This document shows positions 28,312 through 38,387 of a DNA stretch of 64,000 nt, piece by piece. Origin of the DNA: an uncultured Acidobacteriota bacterium (GTDB lineage Bacteria > Actinomycetota > Acidimicrobiia > Spongiisociales > ZC4RG35); contig CAWHEU010000024.1 of the NCBI GenBank assembly GCA_963828465.1, positions 64,001 through 128,000 on the forward strand, written 5' to 3'. Within the stretch, counting starts at the first letter, position 1. Each line of letters starts with the position of its first letter. Below the pieces are notes generated by a model. The model had not been told where the DNA came from, did no database searches, and saw only the letters and a program-made list of their open reading frames with translations. Made by a program: the position numbers and the translations under genes.

Positions 28312-29172
28312 ATGCATCTCTCGGGCCAGCTCTCTGATTGGAGCATCAACGATCTGCTCCAGATCATGCAGGTCACTAAGAAGACCGGGTCACTCGACAT
28401 CGAGGGACAACGTCGCGGGCGTGTCCATTTCCGCGAGGGACGGGTCACAGGAGCCGAATTGAGCGGTCACGACGGGGCACACACCGGGTCCGATCGCGCT
28501 GGTGTCGCCGACATCCTCTACGTGCTTTCCACAGTCGCCGAGGGCTCGTTCTCCGTGGGGGCAGCCGATGGCCCCGACGCCAAGGGTTGGACGGTCGAGG
28601 AGGTCCTCGTCGATGTCGATGCGCTTCAGACCCTCGAGGGTGAGATCGCAGAGACCGGCCTGTTTGAGGCCAACGGCGTGAAGCTCATCAACGAGATCGC
28701 CGACCCGATGACCGTGGAGCCTGCCGATTGGCAGACGTTCGTCAATCTGGTGCCTACCTTCAGCTTCGGCGCCCTCGAGGCGAGGTATGGCCGCGGCACT
28801 GCAGTTCGCACCTTTCATACCCTCAATCGGCTGGGCCTCGCCGAGACCGTCGCCATACCCGAAGAAGAGGCCGAGTGGCTCGACCGCCTGGCCGAAGGTG
28901 TCGCTTCCAATGGCGCCTGGAACGGGGTCGGTGACGAGGACGAGGTTGAGCCGGTCGCCGACACAGAGTCCGAGGTCGTCGGAGACGTCACCGAGCCGGC
29001 AACGGCGGAGGAGCCCGAGGTCACCGAGCCCGAGCCGGTGAGCGTCGCCGCCTCGAAGCCGAGCCGGGCCCACGTGGAGCTCAAGGGGGTCTCCGCCCAT
29101 GCGTCGACCACCCTCACCGATGGTGTGTACGACGAGATTCGCCGTCTTCGGAGCCGGGTCGGCGATAAGTAA
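28312..29172 (+). CDS. DUF4388 domain protein
   Basis: N-terminal LSGQLSDWSINDLLQIM...KKTGSL.I...G.VHF.EG.V..A; acidic linker. Confidence 0.78.
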   Translation: MHLSGQLSDWSINDLLQIMQVTKKTGSLDIEGQRRGRVHFREGRVTGAELSGHDGAHTGSDRAGVADILYVLSTVAEGSFSVGAADGPDAKGWTVEEVLVDVDALQTLEGEIAETGLFEANGVKLINEIADPMTVEPADWQTFVNLVPTFSFGALEARYGRGTAVRTFHTLNRLGLAETVAIPEEEAEWLDRLAEGVASNGAWNGVGDEDEVEPVADTESEVVGDVTEPATAEEPEVTEPEPVSVAASKPSRAHVELKGVSAHASTTLTDGVYDEIRRLRSRVGDK

Positions 29173-29183
29173 CGTCGGCGGGC

Positions 29184-29840
29184 ATGGCTGCCCGCACCGG
29201 TTCTGAGTCCGATGTCCCTCTGATAGTGGGGATCGCGGGGGGTTCCGGGTCCGGAAAGACAACCATCGCCGGCTCCCTGGTCGACCAAATGAACGGGCAG
29301 GTGGCCCTCGTCCAGCACGACGCCTACTACCGGCACACACCACAGCTCTCTTTCGAAGACCGGTCCAAGGTCAACTACGACCATCCCGCCTCATTGGAGA
29401 CGGAGCTGTTGGTGGCGCATCTGGTCGCTCTCCGATCCGGGGAGCCGGTGGAGAAGCCCTCCTACGACTTCGCACGTCATCTCCGATCCGACGAGGTGGT
29501 GATGATCGCCCCTGCGCCAGTGATCGTCGTCGAGGGGATCCTGGTGCTGGCCGAACCCGGCCTGCGAGCCGAGCTCGACCTGAAAGTCTTCGTCGACACC
29601 GATGCAGACATCCGCCTCGCCCGTCGTCTGGAGCGGGACATCGAGGAGCGGGGGCGGACTGTCACCTCCGTCATCGCCCAGTACTTCGCATCGGTCCGCC
29701 CCATGCATCTGGAATTCGTCGAGCCCTCGAAGGGGTACGCCGACGTCATCATCGAGGACGGCTTCACTTCGGAGGCGGTCGACGTGGTGATCGAGATGAT
29801 CCGCTCACAGCGAGGCTGGGATTTCGGCCCGGTCGTATGA
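29184..29840 (+). CDS. udk: Uridine kinase
   Basis: GIAGGSGSGKTT, DAYY, NYDHP, EGIL, RRLERD and RPMHLEFVEPSK motifs. Confidence 0.93.
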   Translation: MAARTGSESDVPLIVGIAGGSGSGKTTIAGSLVDQMNGQVALVQHDAYYRHTPQLSFEDRSKVNYDHPASLETELLVAHLVALRSGEPVEKPSYDFARHLRSDEVVMIAPAPVIVVEGILVLAEPGLRAELDLKVFVDTDADIRLARRLERDIEERGRTVTSVIAQYFASVRPMHLEFVEPSKGYADVIIEDGFTSEAVDVVIEMIRSQRGWDFGPVV

Positions 29841-30661
29841 TTTCTGAGATGACCGCACATCCCACGGTCGCAATTATCGGTGTCGGAGCTATGGGCGAGG
29901 CTTTGCGGCGTGGCCTCGAGCGTGCCGGATGGGCGCCACAAGAGCTCTCGCTCGCCGTGCGCAGGGAGGACAGGGCGACCGAGCTCTCATCTCGCACCTC
30001 ATCCCTCGTCACGCTCGACCCCAAAGAAGCCATCGAGGGCCGTGATGTGATCGTTGTGGCGGTGAAGCCGAGGGATGTCGGCGGAGTCATCGAGCGACTC
30101 TCCAACAACATCGCCACTGGTCAGATGGTTCTCTCGCTCGCTGCCGGAGTCACGACCAGGACATACGAGGACGTTCTTGGGGAGGTCGCTGTCGTGAGGG
30201 CAATGCCGAACACGCCGGCTCTGGTTGGGGAAGGCGTAACGGGGATTGCTCGGGGCACGCACGCCGGCGAGGCGCATCTCAAGCGAGCGACGGAGGTCCT
30301 CGGAGCGGTGGGCGGGGTCAGGGTGATGGACGAATCGCTGCTGGATGCGGTGACTGCAGTGTCCGGTACCGGGCCGGCGTATGTCTTCCTCCTAGCGGAG
30401 GCGCTCACCGAGGCCGCTGTCCGGGAGGGGCTACCCCGTGACATCGCCGAGGAGTTCGTTCATCAGACCATCCGTGGCGCCGGTCATCTTCTGACCGATA
30501 CCGACACCACACCGGCCGAGCTGCGCTCACAGGTGACTTCGCCGGGAGGGACGACCGCTGCCGCCGTGCACGTGCTCGAAGAGCGGGGATTTCGGGCTCT
30601 GGTCGAGGACGCGGTCCAAGCTGCGGCGAAGCGAGCAGCAGAGCTCGGGCAGCAGGGTTGA
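29837..30661 (+). CDS. proC: Pyrroline-5-carboxylate reductase
   Basis: IIGVGAMG, AVKP, RAMPNTP, TAVSGTGPAY and VTSPGGTT motifs. Confidence 0.95.
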   Translation: MISEMTAHPTVAIIGVGAMGEALRRGLERAGWAPQELSLAVRREDRATELSSRTSSLVTLDPKEAIEGRDVIVVAVKPRDVGGVIERLSNNIATGQMVLSLAAGVTTRTYEDVLGEVAVVRAMPNTPALVGEGVTGIARGTHAGEAHLKRATEVLGAVGGVRVMDESLLDAVTAVSGTGPAYVFLLAEALTEAAVREGLPRDIAEEFVHQTIRGAGHLLTDTDTTPAELRSQVTSPGGTTAAAVHVLEERGFRALVEDAVQAAAKRAAELGQQG

Positions 30662-30677
30662 GTGTCTTCTCCCGAGT

Positions 30678-30844
30678 GGTCATGGCCCTCACCGAGGCCA
30701 GGCCAGTGGAGCGGACGATCACCGGCACCGGGCGAGGCAAGGCGCGGCTGATGCCCTTTGGGCGGGCACATCTCTGACCCGCCGGCTCGCCGAACGGCCG
30801 TCGAACGCCTGGTTCTTAGTCCGATCGGTCTTCGAGGGCTGATC
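30678..30844. other. Long imperfect hairpin (about 170 nt): palindromic repeat element or ncRNA
   Basis: Nested pairings GGTCA..GCCCTC/GAGGGCTGATC, ACCGA/TCGGT, GGCCAGGC/GCCTGGTT and GGCGAG/CTCGCC. Confidence 0.45.
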
Positions 30845-30931
30845 CTCTCACGTGATTCGGTTCCACAGGACCGCATGTGATGCGTTTGTGTCCCAATTAC
30901 GACCTGCAGACCAACCCTAAGATCACCGCCC

Positions 30932-33142
30932 ATGGCCCTGACCGAGGAGCGGCAAGAGCAGTCCGCACCTGAGAAGCGACGCCCCGACGCATCGCAGGTC
31001 CTCGAGGGTCTCGGGATCCTCCTCGCGCTGGGGACTCTTGCACTCGGCATCCTGGGGACCATTCCCGAGCATCCGGACTTCGAAGTGGGTCGCGAGGTGT
31101 TCGGAAACATCCCCGTTGCCCTCCAAGTGGTCTTCTACGTGTCTGTGGCCGGTTTCGTCTGGCTCATGCTCCATCTCTTCGCCCGCAGGGCCAAGGGCTG
31201 GTCGCTGGGGGCGGCGGAACGCCGCACCGGGCTTTGGGGAGAGCGGATAAAGCGTCTCGGTGGCGGGCTCATGATGAAGACGCTCATGCGCGACCCCCGG
31301 GCCGGGATCACCCACGCCGCTCTGTACTACGGGTTCCTGGTCCTGTTCCTGGGCACCGTGACCCTCGAGATCGATCACATCCTTCCCTCGAACCTGAAGT
31401 TCCTCCACGGCGTCGTCTATCAGGCATACTCGGCCGTTCTCGACCTCGCCTCGCTGATCTTTCTCGGCGGGGTGGCGTTGTTCGCGCTCAACCGGTATCT
31501 GGTGAGACCGGGCCGGATCAGGACCAAGACGCGGCCCGAAGATGCACTGATCCTCCTCTTGCTCGCCGCGATCGGGCTCACTGGCCTCCTCACCGAGTCG
31601 GCTCGGATCGCCCTCGCCGGCCGGCCCGACTTCGAGGTGTGGTCCTTCGTCGGGTACCCGTTGTCGGCCCTCTTCGGTGAGGGTTCGGCGGCCGGTCTTC
31701 ACCAGGCGCTCTGGATCGTCCACGTCGCAGCTTTCGTCGGGTTCCTCGTCGTAGTCCCCGTCACCAAGCTGCGTCACATGTTCACGTCCCCAGCCAACAT
31801 GTTTCTATCCCCCCGGCCCCGTCCCAAGGGGGCGATGCGGGAGATGCCCAACCTGCTCGAGGCCGAGGACATCGAGACCATCGGTGCCTCGGTGGTGACC
31901 GATCTCACCTGGAAGCAGATCTTCGATACGGACGCCTGCACCATTTGCGGCCGCTGCACGTCGGTATGCCCGGCCAACATCACAGGGAAGCCCCTCGACC
32001 CACGGGAGATGGTGATCAAGACGGGTGAGGTCGCGGCATCGGTAGCGGCGGTCTCTCCGCCGGTCTCATCGTTGGCGGTGCTCGACGGAGAAGGGCACCT
32101 CTTCGACCGGGTTCAGCCCGACGAGGTTTTCGCCTGCGTGGCATGCCGCGCATGCGACGAGATCTGCCCGGTCAACATCGAGATCCTCGACCGGATCCTC
32201 GACATGCGCCGGTACCTGACTCTGATGGAATCGGAGTTCCCCAGCGAGCTGGGCCGGGCCTTCGTGTCCATGGAGAATCAGGCCAACCCCTGGGGTCTGA
32301 GCCGCCAGGCTCGAGCCGACTGGACGAAGGAGCTCGACTTCGAAGTTCCGGTCTTCGGTGAAAACGGCAAGGACACCGCCGACTACCTGTGGTTCGTCGG
32401 GTGTGCGGGGTCGTACGACGATCGCAACACCGCGGTATCCGTTTCGCTGGCGCGCCTCCTCCACCGGGCCGGCATCGACTTCGCCATCCTCGGAGCACGG
32501 GAAGCGTGCACCGGTGACCCGGCTCGCCGTGCCGGCAACGAGCTCGTCTACCAGCAGCTGGCGCTCGAGAACATCGCCACCTTCGAGGAGGTCGGGGTCA
32601 CCAGGGTGATCACCCAGTGCGCTCACTGCTTCAACGCGATCTCCAACGAGTATCCCCAGCTCGGGGGCAGCTACGAGGTGGTTCATCACAGCCAGCTGTT
32701 GGCTGAGCTGTTGACCCAGGGCCGGCTCGAGGCCCCGGTGCAATCCGACGGGGCCGCCAAGAAGATCGCCTATCACGACCCCTGTTATCTCGGCAGGCAC
32801 AACGACATCTATCTCGCCCCGAGGGAGGTGGCCGGCTCGGGATCGATGGAGCTGGTTGAGATGCCCCGTCACGGCACAAGGGCGCTGTGTTGCGGTGCCG
32901 GAGGCGCGCGGTTCTGGATGGAGGAGCAGACCGGGAAGAAGATCAACATCGAGCGGGCCGAGGAGGCGCTGGCCACCGGTGCCGACGAGATCGCAGTTGC
33001 CTGCCCGTTCTGCTTCGTGATGCTCGATGACGGGGTCAAGGAACTGGGCCGGGACGACGTACGGGTCCGGGACCTCGCGATGATCCTCGCCGACGGTCTC
33101 ACGGAGAGCGCCGCTGAAGGTCAGACCGTCGGGAGCGAGTGA
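30932..33142 (+). CDS. Membrane Fe-S oxidoreductase, heterodisulfide-reductase-related (FadF/EtfD-like)
   Basis: NarI-like TM region with His residues, CTICGRCTSVCP and CVACRACDEICP ferredoxin motifs, and CCG domains (YHDPCYLGR, CCGAGG, CPFC). Confidence 0.88.
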   Translation: MALTEERQEQSAPEKRRPDASQVLEGLGILLALGTLALGILGTIPEHPDFEVGREVFGNIPVALQVVFYVSVAGFVWLMLHLFARRAKGWSLGAAERRTGLWGERIKRLGGGLMMKTLMRDPRAGITHAALYYGFLVLFLGTVTLEIDHILPSNLKFLHGVVYQAYSAVLDLASLIFLGGVALFALNRYLVRPGRIRTKTRPEDALILLLLAAIGLTGLLTESARIALAGRPDFEVWSFVGYPLSALFGEGSAAGLHQALWIVHVAAFVGFLVVVPVTKLRHMFTSPANMFLSPRPRPKGAMREMPNLLEAEDIETIGASVVTDLTWKQIFDTDACTICGRCTSVCPANITGKPLDPREMVIKTGEVAASVAAVSPPVSSLAVLDGEGHLFDRVQPDEVFACVACRACDEICPVNIEILDRILDMRRYLTLMESEFPSELGRAFVSMENQANPWGLSRQARADWTKELDFEVPVFGENGKDTADYLWFVGCAGSYDDRNTAVSVSLARLLHRAGIDFAILGAREACTGDPARRAGNELVYQQLALENIATFEEVGVTRVITQCAHCFNAISNEYPQLGGSYEVVHHSQLLAELLTQGRLEAPVQSDGAAKKIAYHDPCYLGRHNDIYLAPREVAGSGSMELVEMPRHGTRALCCGAGGARFWMEEQTGKKINIERAEEALATGADEIAVACPFCFVMLDDGVKELGRDDVRVRDLAMILADGLTESAAEGQTVGSE

Positions 33143-33699
33143 TCCGACGGTCGGTCCTCACCCTGCTGCTGGTCGTGCTCCTGGCCGGGTGCACCGCAGA
33201 TCCCGATGCGCCGTCGGCCACCGATGCACCGGCGACGACTACGACGACCCCACCAACGACGACCACGACGGTTCTGTCCAACGTGGCTGTGGAGGCGTTT
33301 CGCACTTGTCTCGCTGACAGGGGGATCGAGATCGAAGAGATCCCATTGGACGCCACCGGCCACCCCCGCCTCGACTGGGTGATGGCCACATTGGACTTCG
33401 GCGACCCGGCCACGGCCGAGACAGTCTCGCTCTGCTCTGAGCACCTCGAGACAGGAGCGCTGGACTTGGGAGACGACGATGTCCTCCGTCAGGCCATCCT
33501 CGAGCAGCTTCAGGAGTTCAGCCAATGCATGGTCGATCTCGGAGTCGAGGATTTCCCCGACCCGGTGCCCGGCTTCACCGGCATCGGTTCCCCGTTCCCG
33601 ATCGCCGAGATCCCATACTCCGATCCCGGCTTCTCCGTCGCAGTGACAGCATGCCGGGAGGCACTCCTCGAGGCGTTGGCCGGCCCTGCTGAGGAGTGA
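33139..33699 (+). CDS. Lipoprotein with two Cys-pair helical repeats
   Basis: LAGC lipobox, a Thr stalk, then AFRTCLADRGI and EFSQCMVDLGVEDFPDP repeats. Confidence 0.7.
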   Translation: MIRRSVLTLLLVVLLAGCTADPDAPSATDAPATTTTTPPTTTTTVLSNVAVEAFRTCLADRGIEIEEIPLDATGHPRLDWVMATLDFGDPATAETVSLCSEHLETGALDLGDDDVLRQAILEQLQEFSQCMVDLGVEDFPDPVPGFTGIGSPFPIAEIPYSDPGFSVAVTACREALLEALAGPAEE

Positions 33700-34017
33700 A
33701 TGGCCGGAGATTCGGCCTACGATCGCGCCCAGGTGATCTCCCATCCAGCACCCGTCATTCACCCTGATACCCGTGAGGACCAGGACATCGACCGGCCCTG
33801 GCAGGTCATCGTGTGGAACGATCCGGTGAACACAATGTCCTACGTCGTCTATGTGCTGCGCAAGCTCTTCGGGTACGACGAGCCCAAGGCGACGGTGCTC
33901 ATGCTCCAGGTTCATCACGAGGGGCGGGCCACGGTGTCCGATGGTCCCCGGGAGAAGGCGGAGGTCGACTGCTACCGGCTTCATGGTCACGGACTTTGGG
34001 CCACGATGGAGCATTGA
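33700..34017 (+). CDS. clpS: ATP-dependent Clp protease adaptor ClpS
   Basis: [28 protein letters not shown] and GLWAT motifs. Confidence 0.93.
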   Translation: MAGDSAYDRAQVISHPAPVIHPDTREDQDIDRPWQVIVWNDPVNTMSYVVYVLRKLFGYDEPKATVLMLQVHHEGRATVSDGPREKAEVDCYRLHGHGLWATMEH

Positions 34018-34475
34018 TGGAGCGCCGGTTCAAGTCGACCCGGGGTGGGATCGATGTCGATCTCACGGACGATGAGAAGGTCTTCCTGACGGGGCTACTC
34101 GATCTCCTCGCCGGCATCCCGGCGGCGGCCGACGAGCCTGCTTCACGACGCCTCCGTGTGCCCGTCTATCTCGACGACCCCGAGTCGAACGAAGAGTGGT
34201 GGCGGCTGATGGAGGGCGAGCTGAACGCAGCACGCAATGCGGATCGCAGGGTGTTCCAGCATGTCCTCGACGAGGGGGGTCGGCGCCACCTGAGCAACGA
34301 GGAGGCCGACGCTTTTCTCAGAGTGCTCAACGAGGGCAGGCTCGCGCTGGGCGCCCGGTTCGGCCTCGACGTGGAGGAGGACCACGATCAACTACCCGAG
34401 GAGCAGCGGGACATCATGGACTATCTGGGTTGGCTGCTCGAGGACCTCACCTCGGAATTGAGCCGATCGCTGTGA
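34017..34475 (+). CDS. DUF2017 family protein
   Basis: Follows clpS with a TGATG overlap. RVLNEGRLALGARFG and YLGWLLE motifs. Confidence 0.8.
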   Translation: MERRFKSTRGGIDVDLTDDEKVFLTGLLDLLAGIPAAADEPASRRLRVPVYLDDPESNEEWWRLMEGELNAARNADRRVFQHVLDEGGRRHLSNEEADAFLRVLNEGRLALGARFGLDVEEDHDQLPEEQRDIMDYLGWLLEDLTSELSRSL

Positions 34476-34575
34476 GCCCGGTGTCACCGGGACGCATCAA
34501 CCGGGCGGTGGAGTAGGTTCGATGGCTCGCCGTCAGCCGGGGCATCGGGAGGTCCCGAGAGGCGGGAGGTGACCG

Positions 34576-35685
34576 TTGCTTGCAGACCCGATAGCCGAGT
34601 TGAGAAGCCCCTCCGGCTCGCTCATCTCGGTGTACCTGGGTCGACCCAGCCCCGGCGGGATGACGGCTCTACTGACCGATCTGCTGCGGCCGGTGCGGGA
34701 GGCGGCAGAGTCCAAGGAACGGTCGGTTCAGAAGTCCGTTCGCGCAGACGCCGAGCGCATCCATGATCATGCCGAGCAGCTAGAGGTGGATGCTGCCCCG
34801 GCCTACGCCATTTTCGCCTCTGATCTGGACGGCCTCTTCACGGTCGAGTCACTCGGTCACAAGGTGCCCAATGTCTCCTCACTCGGCCCCCGCCCTTATC
34901 TGCGACCCCTGAGGGCCGCTCCCAAAGCGCTTCGGGCCGGGGTCATCGTGGCCGACCGCTCCCAGGCTCGGGTCTTCGTCGTCTCCGGCCAGCTCATAGA
35001 CGAGGTGGGTCCCCCCCTCATCGCCGACATCGGGAAGCACAATTACGGCGGGTTCTCGGGATACGAGGAACATGGCGTGAGGCTCAGGGCCGATGAGGTG
35101 TCCACCAGGATGTGGCGGGAGGCCGGGGCCATCCTCCTCGAGAAGCACCAGGAACGGCCATTCGACTACCTGGCGATCGGAGGGCATGGTGAGATCGTCG
35201 AGGAGATCGGCAGGAATCTCCACCCCTATCTCGATCGGGTCGACCGGGCCACGTTCCACGCCGGACCGCAGTCGCTTTCGTTCCCGGCTCTACGGGTCGA
35301 GCTGGCGTCACGTGCCGACGAGGTGAGCCGACGAAGAGAGTCGGCGCTGGCCGACCGAGTGTGCGATACGGCCCGGAGCGATGGCCTGGGCGTGCTCGGC
35401 CTGACACCGGTTCTAACGGCTTCCAACTCCCAAGCCATCGACACGCTCGTGGTGGCTGGTGAATTCGGCCGCCCTGGCTCCATCTGCAACTCCTGCGGAT
35501 TCCTGGCACGGTCCGGAAATCGCTGCCCGGTGTGCGGATCGACCATGTTCCAGGTAGACGACATCGTCGCGGCGGCCATGGAGGCGACGGTGGCGGCTGG
35601 TGGGCGAACCCATCAGATAGTGGTCTCTTCGCCGCTCGACGCCCACGGCATCGGGGCACTCACCCGCTTTCCTCAACACCCCTGA
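34576..35685 (+). CDS. Bacterial archaeo-eukaryotic release factor (aeRF1-like) family protein with a Zn ribbon
   Basis: LISVYL, PYLRPL, V.ADR..AR, L.IGG, the C-domain G..G...V..A.....I.TLVV, CNSCG/CPVCG and GIGALTRF. GGAGGTGA RBS. Confidence 0.78.
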   Translation: MLADPIAELRSPSGSLISVYLGRPSPGGMTALLTDLLRPVREAAESKERSVQKSVRADAERIHDHAEQLEVDAAPAYAIFASDLDGLFTVESLGHKVPNVSSLGPRPYLRPLRAAPKALRAGVIVADRSQARVFVVSGQLIDEVGPPLIADIGKHNYGGFSGYEEHGVRLRADEVSTRMWREAGAILLEKHQERPFDYLAIGGHGEIVEEIGRNLHPYLDRVDRATFHAGPQSLSFPALRVELASRADEVSRRRESALADRVCDTARSDGLGVLGLTPVLTASNSQAIDTLVVAGEFGRPGSICNSCGFLARSGNRCPVCGSTMFQVDDIVAAAMEATVAAGGRTHQIVVSSPLDAHGIGALTRFPQHP

Positions 35686-35718
35686 GGAGAGGTCTATGGG
35701 ACCGGTACTCTTGGGCGC

Positions 35719-36027
35719 ATGCGAGAGACGCTGGATCAGCGGCAGCACTGGGTAGACCAGGGAAAGAAGGTGGCGAAGGCCACAGTCGTCAAGGCCTACG
35801 GGTCGGCGCCCAGAGGCCCGGGTTCGCTCATGCTGGTTTCCTCCGAAGGGGAGATGGAAGGATCGGTATCCGGGGGCTGTGTCGAGAACGACGTCGTGGT
35901 CCGGGCAATGTCGGTCCTCGAGAAAGGCGAGCCAGAGCTGGTCACATACGGCATTGCCGACGATGACGCCTTTGCGGTGGGTCTCGCCTGCGGCGGGACC
36001 ATCCAGGTCTACATCGAACCGTGGTGA
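35719..36027 (+). CDS. XdhC/CoxI family protein (N-terminal module)
   Basis: ATVV...[14 protein letters not shown] and GLACGGTI motifs. Confidence 0.88.
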   Translation: MRETLDQRQHWVDQGKKVAKATVVKAYGSAPRGPGSLMLVSSEGEMEGSVSGGCVENDVVVRAMSVLEKGEPELVTYGIADDDAFAVGLACGGTIQVYIEPW

Positions 36028-36779
36028 CGTCACCAGTACTCGAAGCCACCCGAAGCCTGATCGATGAGGATGCCTTCGGGATGGTGATCACGGTGATCGC
36101 CGGACCCGAGGCCGGGTCGAAAATCGTGCTCGACCACTCCGGCGTAGTGATTGCGGGATCACTTCCCGAACGACTGGTCGCCCCGGCTCGGGCTGACGCT
36201 TTGACCCTCATGTTGCGGGAGACCAGCACCACTCTGGCGTACGAGGAGGATGAGCTGTTCTACGAGGTGATCGCCCCGCGCCCTCGACTCTTCGTCTTCG
36301 GGGCAGTCCACATCGCCCAAGAGCTCGTGCAGCACGCCGGCTTGCTCGGCTTTCACACTGTCGTAGCCGACCCCCGGCCCGCCTTCGTCACGAAGGAACG
36401 ATTCCCTGAGGCCGACGAGCTGAGGGTGGGGTGGCCAGACGACGTTGTCGACAGCACCGCCTTCGATGCCCGCACCTTCGTCGTGGTCCTCACCCATGAC
36501 CGACGGTTCGAGGATCCGCTGTGGCCGCTTCTCCTCCCCACGGATGTGCGCTACATCGGGGCGATGGGGTCGTCCAAGACATCTGCCGCCCGTCGCCAAC
36601 GTCTGCTCGACTCGGGCTTCACCGCCGAGCAGGTGGACCGTATCCATGGCCCGATCGGACTCGATATCGGCTCCCGGGCTGCCGGGGAGGTCGCAATCGC
36701 GATCCTGGGCGAAATGATCGCGGCCCGTTACCTGCACGATCGCGAGCCGCAGCTCGAAGGTCGCCCGGTGCGGCTCTGA
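36021..36779 (+). CDS. XdhC family protein (Rossmann module)
   Basis: [14 protein letters not shown]...RF, THD, YIGAMGS and GPIGLDIG motifs. Confidence 0.88.
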   Translation: MVTSPVLEATRSLIDEDAFGMVITVIAGPEAGSKIVLDHSGVVIAGSLPERLVAPARADALTLMLRETSTTLAYEEDELFYEVIAPRPRLFVFGAVHIAQELVQHAGLLGFHTVVADPRPAFVTKERFPEADELRVGWPDDVVDSTAFDARTFVVVLTHDRRFEDPLWPLLLPTDVRYIGAMGSSKTSAARRQRLLDSGFTAEQVDRIHGPIGLDIGSRAAGEVAIAILGEMIAARYLHDREPQLEGRPVRL

Positions 36780-37381
36780 TGACAACTGCTGCGGTCGTCC
36801 TAGCCGCCGGCGCTTCGCGTCGTCTGGGCCGATCGAAGCAGCTCGAGCCCTGGGGAGACTCCAACCTCCTATCCAATGTCGTGGCGCGGACACGGGCCTT
36901 TCCCGTCGACGAGGTATGGGTCGTCCTCGGCCACGACTACGAGCGGATACTCGAAGAGACCGAGTTCGGCGATGCGGGCGTCATCGAGAACCCGGAATGG
37001 TCCGAGGGCATCGCCTCGTCGATACGGGTTGCCCTCGACGCATTGACACGGCTTTCCCGGGTCGACAAGGCCTTGATCGTCATGGGTGATCAGCCTTCGG
37101 TCCCGGTGGGGGTAGTCGAGGCGTTGATGGACTCGCATGCACGTTCCGACCATCAGGTGAGTGTCCCCAAATACCGATACTCCTGGGGCAACCCGGTGCT
37201 GGTGGAGCGCGCCTTGTGGCCGCGCCTCATGTCTCTCGAGGGAGACGAGGGAGCGCAGCGCCTGTGGCAGGCGCACCCGGATTGGGTCAACGAGGTGTGG
37301 TTCTCCGACCTCGCTCCCCGAGACGTGGACACCGAGACCGACATCGTGGAGTTACGACCCAAGCACCCGGGTTCTGTATGA
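36779..37381 (+). CDS. Molybdenum cofactor cytidylyltransferase (MocA-like nucleotidyltransferase)
   Basis: LAAGASRRLGRSKQL, GIASS, GDQP, GNPV, GDEGA and DVDT motifs. Confidence 0.85.
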   Translation: MTTAAVVLAAGASRRLGRSKQLEPWGDSNLLSNVVARTRAFPVDEVWVVLGHDYERILEETEFGDAGVIENPEWSEGIASSIRVALDALTRLSRVDKALIVMGDQPSVPVGVVEALMDSHARSDHQVSVPKYRYSWGNPVLVERALWPRLMSLEGDEGAQRLWQAHPDWVNEVWFSDLAPRDVDTETDIVELRPKHPGSV

Positions 37382-37433
37382 GTTGATCGGTCTAAAGTCG
37401 CGCTGTCTGGTTTCTGTTGCGCTGAAGGGACTC

Positions 37434-37835
37434 ATGGCTCGGATCGATCAGGTGGCTGGCATCGCCCACAAGGACGCCACCAAGCTGCGAAAGGCCGGGG
37501 TTCGGACGAGCAAAGGCCTCATCGAGGTTGCCGCGGATCGAAAGGGGAGGGTCGAACTGGCGGCTGCGACCGGCATCGACGCGAGAAATCTCCAGCTATG
37601 GGTCAATCACGCCGATCTGCTCAGGGTCCAGGGGGTCGGCGCCGAGTACGCCGAGCTCCTCACCGCGGCCGGTGTGGATACCCTGCGTGATCTAAGGCGT
37701 CGCAACCCCACCGCGCTCCTGGCCAAGATCATCGGTCTCAACGGCAGCAGCCGGGTGGTGCGACGGCTCCCCACCGAATCCATGGTCGAGGTCTGGATCG
37801 AGATAGCCAAGGAGTTGGAGCCGAGTTCCGGCTGA
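37434..37835 (+). CDS. DUF4332 domain (HhH-containing) protein
   Basis: KLRKAGVRT, WVNHADLLRVQGVGAEYAELL.AAGVDT..DL.RRNP and VRRLP motifs. Confidence 0.82.
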   Translation: MARIDQVAGIAHKDATKLRKAGVRTSKGLIEVAADRKGRVELAAATGIDARNLQLWVNHADLLRVQGVGAEYAELLTAAGVDTLRDLRRRNPTALLAKIIGLNGSSRVVRRLPTESMVEVWIEIAKELEPSSG

Positions 37836-37861
37836 CTCACCACTCAGAACTCACAACCCAT

Positions 37862-37899
37862 AACGAAGAAGGGGCCCCGAGGGGCCCCTTCTTCTCGTT
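37862..37899. terminator. Hairpin terminator between convergent genes
   Basis: AACGAAGAAGGGGCCCC-GA-GGGGCCCCTTCTTCTCGTT. Confidence 0.8.
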
Positions 37900-37913
37900 G
37901 AGGAGGAGTGAGC

Positions 37914-38387
37914 TCAGGAAACCTTGTCGGCGGGAGCCGAATTGGTCTTCGCAGAGCTCGTCTTCGCTGCGGTCGACGTGGTGGTCTTGGCAGCAGAAGC
38001 CTTGGGGGTGGTGTCGGCCTTGACTGCAGGCTTCTTGGCAGGAGCCTTGGCCGGTGCCTCCGTCTCGGTCGCCTTCTCGGGCCGGAATGAGGTACGCCAG
38101 GTGGCCAGCATGTCCTCGAGCTGGTCGCGCAGCTTGCTCACCTGCTCCTTGGCCTGGTCGAGGTCGACCTTCGAGGAGATCTCCTCGACGACCTTGCCAT
38201 CGGTGATCCGGCCCACGACCTTCTCACCCTCGACGGCCCAGCCATCGATCGTCTTCTCGGCGACCTGGCCGTACTCGGTCGCGCCCTCGGTCAGCTTCGA
38301 CTTGACCTCGCCTGCTTTGGCGCCGACCTTGCGGGCGGCGACTACGGGTGCGCCGACGGCGGCATAAAGCACGTTCTTTGTGTTCAT
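37914..38387 (-). CDS. HBHA/MLDS-like (phasin-like) protein with an Ala/Lys-rich tail
   Basis: Starts K.VLYAAVGA, has an amphipathic helical middle and an APAKAPAKKPA..K tail, and lies directly downstream of an XRE regulator. Confidence 0.62.
   Translation of the reverse strand: MNTKNVLYAAVGAPVVAARKVGAKAGEVKSKLTEGATEYGQVAEKTIDGWAVEGEKVVGRITDGKVVEEISSKVDLDQAKEQVSKLRDQLEDMLATWRTSFRPEKATETEAPAKAPAKKPAVKADTTPKASAAKTTTSTAAKTSSAKTNSAPADKVS

Noticed and set aside
30845-30905. Possible Rex or CRP site upstream of the Fe-S oxidoreductase
   Set aside because: Only half-sites (TGTGA, CGTGA); no convincing TGTGA-N6-TCACA palindrome.
35719-36779. Split XdhC as a novelty or frameshift
   Set aside because: Two-gene XdhC arrangements are known, and the junction has a normal start/stop overlap.
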